Shown here piece by piece: positions 60,576 through 64,000 of a stretch of DNA of 64,000 bases. Positions within the stretch are counted from its first letter, which is position 1. Each line of letters opens with the position of its first letter. The notes beneath the pieces are model-generated. The model ran no database searches. It saw nothing but the letters and a program-made list of their open reading frames with translations, and was not told the DNA's origin. A program made the translations under genes and the position numbers. This DNA is from an uncultured Gammaproteobacteria bacterium (lineage in GTDB: Bacteria > Patescibacteriota > Microgenomatia > Levybacterales > UBA12049). The stretch spans positions 133,499 to 197,498 of the forward strand of contig CAZCCG010000003.1 in the NCBI GenBank assembly GCA_964497535.1, read 5' to 3'.

Positions 60576-60731
60576 TTACTGAGTGTGTTCCTTTTGGTAC
60601 TTGCGGTACCCGAACCATTCAATGGCATTGTTGTCACCGGCAAGCATTGATACCAGGTCATACAGCTTCCGCTGCCATCCTGGTAGTTGCTTGAGCCACT
60701 GACCGACCGTCGGACCGAACTCGGAATCCAT
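60576..60731 (-). CDS. small GC-rich ORF (51 aa), DUF1801/YdhG-like N-terminal fragment
   Basis: Strong SD AAGGAGG 7 nt before the ATG. Peptide MDSEFGPTVGQWLKQLPGWQRKLYDLVSMLAGDNNAIEWFGYRKYQKEHTQ. The terminator follows directly. Confidence 0.4.
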   Translation of the reverse strand: MDSEFGPTVGQWLKQLPGWQRKLYDLVSMLAGDNNAIEWFGYRKYQKEHTQ

Positions 60732-60901
60732 TGTTTATCCTCCTTGTGCGGCTATGTGCTACTGGCTGAAGAATTATACCAAAAAGAACGAATGATTGAT
60801 ATGGTTTGACATAGTACCTGACTGTCTTTGATAATAAATCCCGATGAACTGTCATTTAGGAATTGTTATGGAGTTTGACTTCTGTAGCATAGGGTACTAT
60901 T

Positions 60902-61420
60902 CTAAAGTACTTTTTCCATGATATATTCGTCATGTTCCCGTCCGTCACCCAACATATACTTCTCTGTTCCAACAATTGTCAATCCAAATGTTTGATACAA
61001 TCTAACTGCAGACTTCTGTTGTTGGTTCACCATAAGTTTGATCCGTTTTACCGTAGGCATTTTTTTTAATCTTTCTATAATTTCTTCCATAAGTCTTTTG
61101 CCGATTCCCTTCTTTCTATACTGTTTATTTACATAAACACCCCAAATATACCCTATTCCTAGATTCTCCTCACTTTTATTAAAATAAGCTCCTATCATTC
61201 CTACTAATTTCCCCTTATCTTGTGCAAAGAGCATTATATCTTTGTCTTCTTTTTCTGCTGCTGTTACTCGTTGTATCCATTCTTCATCCGGTTTGGTTTT
61301 TGCTTCACTATATCTTGCTCCAAAAGCATGTGCTTCATGCTTCAACGCTTCTAACCGGATATTTTTATATTCTTCCCAACGGGATAGTGGGAGGGAGACA
61401 ATAGTAATTGATGATTCCAT
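60902..61420 (-). CDS. GNAT-family N-acetyltransferase
   Basis: Acetyl-CoA motif QYRKKGIGKRLMEEII and GNAT fold length. Confidence 0.85.
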   Translation of the reverse strand: MESSITIVSLPLSRWEEYKNIRLEALKHEAHAFGARYSEAKTKPDEEWIQRVTAAEKEDKDIMLFAQDKGKLVGMIGAYFNKSEENLGIGYIWGVYVNKQYRKKGIGKRLMEEIIERLKKMPTVKRIKLMVNQQQKSAVRLYQTFGLTIVGTEKYMLGDGREHDEYIMEKVL

Positions 61421-61497
61421 ACAGCCAGTATATCAAATGGTTTAGTCAGCTATAAATAAATGAAGGTCGTCTTCTCCTTACTTAGTACAGTTGATAA

Positions 61498-61526
61498 CTG
61501 GCTTTCCTGGTTATGTGGAAACATAC
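61498..61526 (+). repeat. direct repeat ACTGGCTTTCCTGGTTATGTGG (copy 1) upstream of the ATP-grasp gene
   Basis: Matches 63934-63960 (ACTGGCTCTCCTGGGTTATGTGG) at ~22/24 positions. Confidence 0.4.
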
Positions 61527-61565
61527 ATTTCTAATCTTCTAAGTCAAATTTTTTTCTAGTATGGT

Positions 61566-62987
61566 ATGCTAATTAAATACCGTATGAAATATATTATATT
61601 TACCTTTGACGGATCAGGTATTCCAGTCGCGCAACATTTGCATTTGGAAGGTCAAGATGTAGTACTCGCTCAAGTCGAACACATGAGAAGTTTGGCAGCC
61701 GAAGGTGAGGATGAGTATATAGAAAATCGGAAAGATAAAGAAATGCGTCTTGAGGGATTTGATGGGCTGGTTAAGAAAAAACCGGCAGAAGAAATCTTGA
61801 AAGAAATGAAAACATATAAAAATCCACAGGATTATTTTGTATTTTTTGACACGAATGGATTATACGCACTTGCAGAACAAATCAAAGATCTTGGATTTCA
61901 TGGTAACTTTCCAACCCGTGAAGATTATTTATTTGAAGTCGATCGAGATAAAGCAAAAGAGTTTGTAAAAAAACACTACTCAAAATTAAATATAGCACGC
62001 AAGAAAGAATTTACGAGTATTTCCGATGCGAAGAAATTTTTAGCAAATACAGACGAAGTCTGGGTGTTAAAAGGTAATAGTGATTCAACGAATGCTTTTG
62101 TCCCTGATGTTGATGATCCAGTTCTTGCAGCACATCAAGTAATTGAAACTTTGGATAAGGACTCTGACTCTTATCAATCGGAGGGATTTATTCTTGAACT
62201 ACTTATCCCTTCGGTTATGGAAATAACTCCTGAAAAAATATACTATGATGGGGAACCTGTAGCCGTTACTGTAGATATTGAAAATAAACCTATTGGGAGT
62301 GGCAATATTTCTATTCAAACCGGTTGTGCTGCAGATCTTGTTTTCCCTATCCCCGATAGTGATAGGATCAACCAAATTGCTTTTCCACCAATAATTGATG
62401 AAATAGCAAAAAAACACAAAGGACTGTTTTATTGGGATGCATCAATTTTGATTAATAAGAGGGACGGAAAAATGTATTTTGGAGAATTTTGTCCAAATCG
62501 CCCTGCATACAATGCTTCTTTTACAGAATTTGCCCAATGCGGTAGTGTACATGAGTTTTTCGAAAAGGTATCGCAAAAGAAAAATCCATTTACATTAGGG
62601 ACTGTTGCTACATCTATTCGGATTTTTAATTTTCATAGAGACAATGATACGCAACAAATCCTAGGTGGGTTGACAGTCGATTTCGCACCAGAAGTTGAAA
62701 AAGATATTTGGTTATGGGATGTAAAGAAAAAAGGAAAAAAACTTGTTAATATTGGGTATGGTGATGTAATTGCAGTTATCACCGGATCGGGAACATCTGT
62801 GGAGGAAGCAGTCAATAGAATGTATAGAAATCTAGAGAAATTTTCTTTCCTGGGAGCGTATTACCGCCCAAAAGCAGATTATTTATCACTTGGATACTCA
62901 ACATCCATTCTTAACCGTCTCAATTACGGTATGGAACGTGGACTTTATCAGATACCATTTAATGTTAAAGTAGGAGATATTCTTTAG
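61566..62987 (+). CDS. ATP-grasp enzyme, divergent PurD (glycinamide-ribonucleotide synthetase)-like
   Basis: C-terminal GDVIAVITGSGTSVEEAVNRMYRNLEKFSFLGAYYRP resembles the PurD C-domain. The central region is ATP-grasp-like. Confidence 0.4.
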   Translation: MLIKYRMKYIIFTFDGSGIPVAQHLHLEGQDVVLAQVEHMRSLAAEGEDEYIENRKDKEMRLEGFDGLVKKKPAEEILKEMKTYKNPQDYFVFFDTNGLYALAEQIKDLGFHGNFPTREDYLFEVDRDKAKEFVKKHYSKLNIARKKEFTSISDAKKFLANTDEVWVLKGNSDSTNAFVPDVDDPVLAAHQVIETLDKDSDSYQSEGFILELLIPSVMEITPEKIYYDGEPVAVTVDIENKPIGSGNISIQTGCAADLVFPIPDSDRINQIAFPPIIDEIAKKHKGLFYWDASILINKRDGKMYFGEFCPNRPAYNASFTEFAQCGSVHEFFEKVSQKKNPFTLGTVATSIRIFNFHRDNDTQQILGGLTVDFAPEVEKDIWLWDVKKKGKKLVNIGYGDVIAVITGSGTSVEEAVNRMYRNLEKFSFLGAYYRPKADYLSLGYSTSILNRLNYGMERGLYQIPFNVKVGDIL

Positions 62988-62990
62988 ATT

Positions 62991-63428
62991 TTAGCGTATT
63001 TTCCAGATATTCTTTTGTTTTTTACTTCCTTTTTTCTGTGCAGGTTTTAGTTTCACTTTCACGGTATAGATAGATTTTTGATAGATTTTCCAATCTATTC
63101 CCATGTTTTCAAGGAAATGACGCTCTATAGTATTTGCCATACGATGATATTTACAATATAGTTTATACTGCTTTTTATATTTTTCTTGGGCAGCATAATC
63201 CGTATCAAATGCGTCAATCATAGATACAGGAATCCCAGCCGATTTGATCAAGGTATATTCGATAAATTCATGCAAAATAATACCATTAATGAAAATGGGG
63301 TTTTTCATGTCATACGCAATGATAGATGAATCGAAATAATCGCCTACATCCTCGTATCTCATTGATTTCCGCGTTTTGAATTTAATCTTAGAGTAATCGA
63401 TCAGCTTGGATAAATCTCCTCGTTTCAT
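62991..63428 (-). CDS. hypothetical protein
   Basis: 145 aa, AT-rich and Lys-rich C-terminus. No motif. Confidence 0.3.
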   Translation of the reverse strand: MKRGDLSKLIDYSKIKFKTRKSMRYEDVGDYFDSSIIAYDMKNPIFINGIILHEFIEYTLIKSAGIPVSMIDAFDTDYAAQEKYKKQYKLYCKYHRMANTIERHFLENMGIDWKIYQKSIYTVKVKLKPAQKKGSKKQKNIWKIR

Positions 63429-63483
63429 AGTCCTATATTATATCAATACTAGTGGCTTTTAGTAAAGGAGTGAAAGTATGAAG

Positions 63484-63517
63484 GCCGGTACGGTTCCCGA
63501 TGGAACCGCCCGGCCTG
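63484..63517 (-). terminator. stable nested stem-loop GGCCGG-GC-GGTTCC-ATCG-GGAACC-GT-ACCGGCC downstream of the GC-rich ORF
   Basis: Seen directly. Only a weak U-run follows on the minus strand. Confidence 0.35.
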
Positions 63518-63549
63518 GTGATGGCAGACTATAAGTGAATTACCTGAGG

Positions 63550-63849
63550 TTACTTAATCTGCTCTCGGTATAGCATAATCCTCCCAAGGTTAGCCGCCAA
63601 GTGAAGTGCTACATACTCGCTCGTGCCCTCTACCCCAACTATGTCTTTTAGTCCAATGTTGGGGCTGGCACTAATCCCTCCACTGCTTCGAGTATCAAGC
63701 CGGATCTCGACTCGGCCTGCCTCCGGTCCTTGGCCTTCTAGTGAGAAGGCCTTGTACGATACAAGGATGCCATATAGCTCTTTTGGTTCAGTTACTACGA
63801 GATGGTCAATGAACTCGTCGAGTAGACTTCGTAACTCTGCCAGGGTCAT
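63550..63849 (-). CDS. GC-rich hypothetical protein (99 aa from the ATG, or 108 aa from an upstream TTG)
   Basis: SD GGAGGG sits 4-5 nt before the ATG at 63849. Local GC is much higher than the flanks. No motif recognised. Confidence 0.4.
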   Translation of the reverse strand: MTLAELRSLLDEFIDHLVVTEPKELYGILVSYKAFSLEGQGPEAGRVEIRLDTRSSGGISASPNIGLKDIVGVEGTSEYVALHLAANLGRIMLYREQIK

Positions 63850-63933
63850 TTTTCCCTCCACGGCATGTCGCCGCAAATTATGCTTTGAGGATTATAACAG
63901 AACTTAGGGCGAAAATAAACTATAGGATGCATT

Positions 63934-63960
63934 ACTGGCTCTCCTGGGTTATGTGGGTAC
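63934..63960 (+). repeat. direct repeat ACTGGCTCTCCTGGGTTATGTGG (copy 2)
   Basis: Pairs with 61498-61526 and is followed by TTGACA at 63971. Confidence 0.4.
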
Positions 63961-64000
63961 TTCTTTTAGATTGACATATTCTTAAGCAAGAAGTATTCTA

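Noticed and set aside
60437-60694. 74-aa minus-strand ORF and 65-aa plus-strand ORF overlapping the terminator region.
   Set aside because: They translate through the terminator hairpin, lack ribosome-binding sites, and overlap the better-supported SD-led 51-codon ORF.
63623-63907. 94-aa plus-strand ORF in the GC-rich segment.
   Set aside because: Its product is Ser/Pro/Arg-rich and low-complexity. The opposite-strand ORF has an SD and a terminator, so this is likely a shadow.

Overview
This is an AT-rich, very gene-dense bacterial chromosome segment with about 60 genes. Spacers are short, ATGA-type overlaps are frequent, and GTG/TTG starts occur. The repertoire fits a small-genome, CPR/Patescibacteria-like lineage. 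Housekeeping genes include a 5'-truncated LCP-family gene, YebC, a GH37 trehalase, transaldolase, an XerC/D recombinase, proline iminopeptidase, NUDIX, FolD, GyrA, inorganic pyrophosphatase, GyrB, an MFS transporter, AhcY, a PfkB kinase, YaaA and HolB. A co-linear pyrimidine block runs pyrB-carA-[four-helix-bundle cassette]-carB-pyrC. A translation/RNA-processing stretch contains rpmF-nusB, rnc and rpsP-KH-trmD. A complete type IV pilus system lies in two blocks. The first is pilB-pilT-pilC (31.7-35.7 kb). The second (45.6-56.9 kb) holds a major pilin, two GT-C glycosyltransferases, pilD, six more pilin-like genes, a PilX-like gene and pilM-pilN-pilO. The most unusual region (35.8-45.5 kb) is a signalling-plus-enzyme island. 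It contains a membrane HisKA-like protein, an orphan receiver, a HIT hydrolase, an HTH-NB-ARC STAND NTPase fused to a polytopic membrane domain, a eukaryotic-type ODC-fold decarboxylase, a guanidinoacetate-N-methyltransferase-like enzyme, an NNMT/PNMT/TEMT-like SAM N-methyltransferase, a second copy of the membrane domain and a cytoplasmic GAF histidine kinase. I read this as a candidate regulated amine decarboxylation and N-methylation pathway that I cannot match to any described bacterial system. Other signals are a heptanucleotide tandem repeat (TTCAAAA x4) inside a pilin leader, which is a phase-variation candidate, and an inverted-repeat-flanked four-helix-bundle (IVS-type) cassette inserted exactly between carA and carB. 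A gene-less copy of the same inverted repeat sits between gyrB and ppa. Two further palindromic repeat families, GC-rich islets with strong-SD small ORFs, and a ~960-bp non-coding gap (3409-4371) that may hold a structured RNA are also present. No rRNA, CRISPR array or confidently identifiable tRNA was seen.
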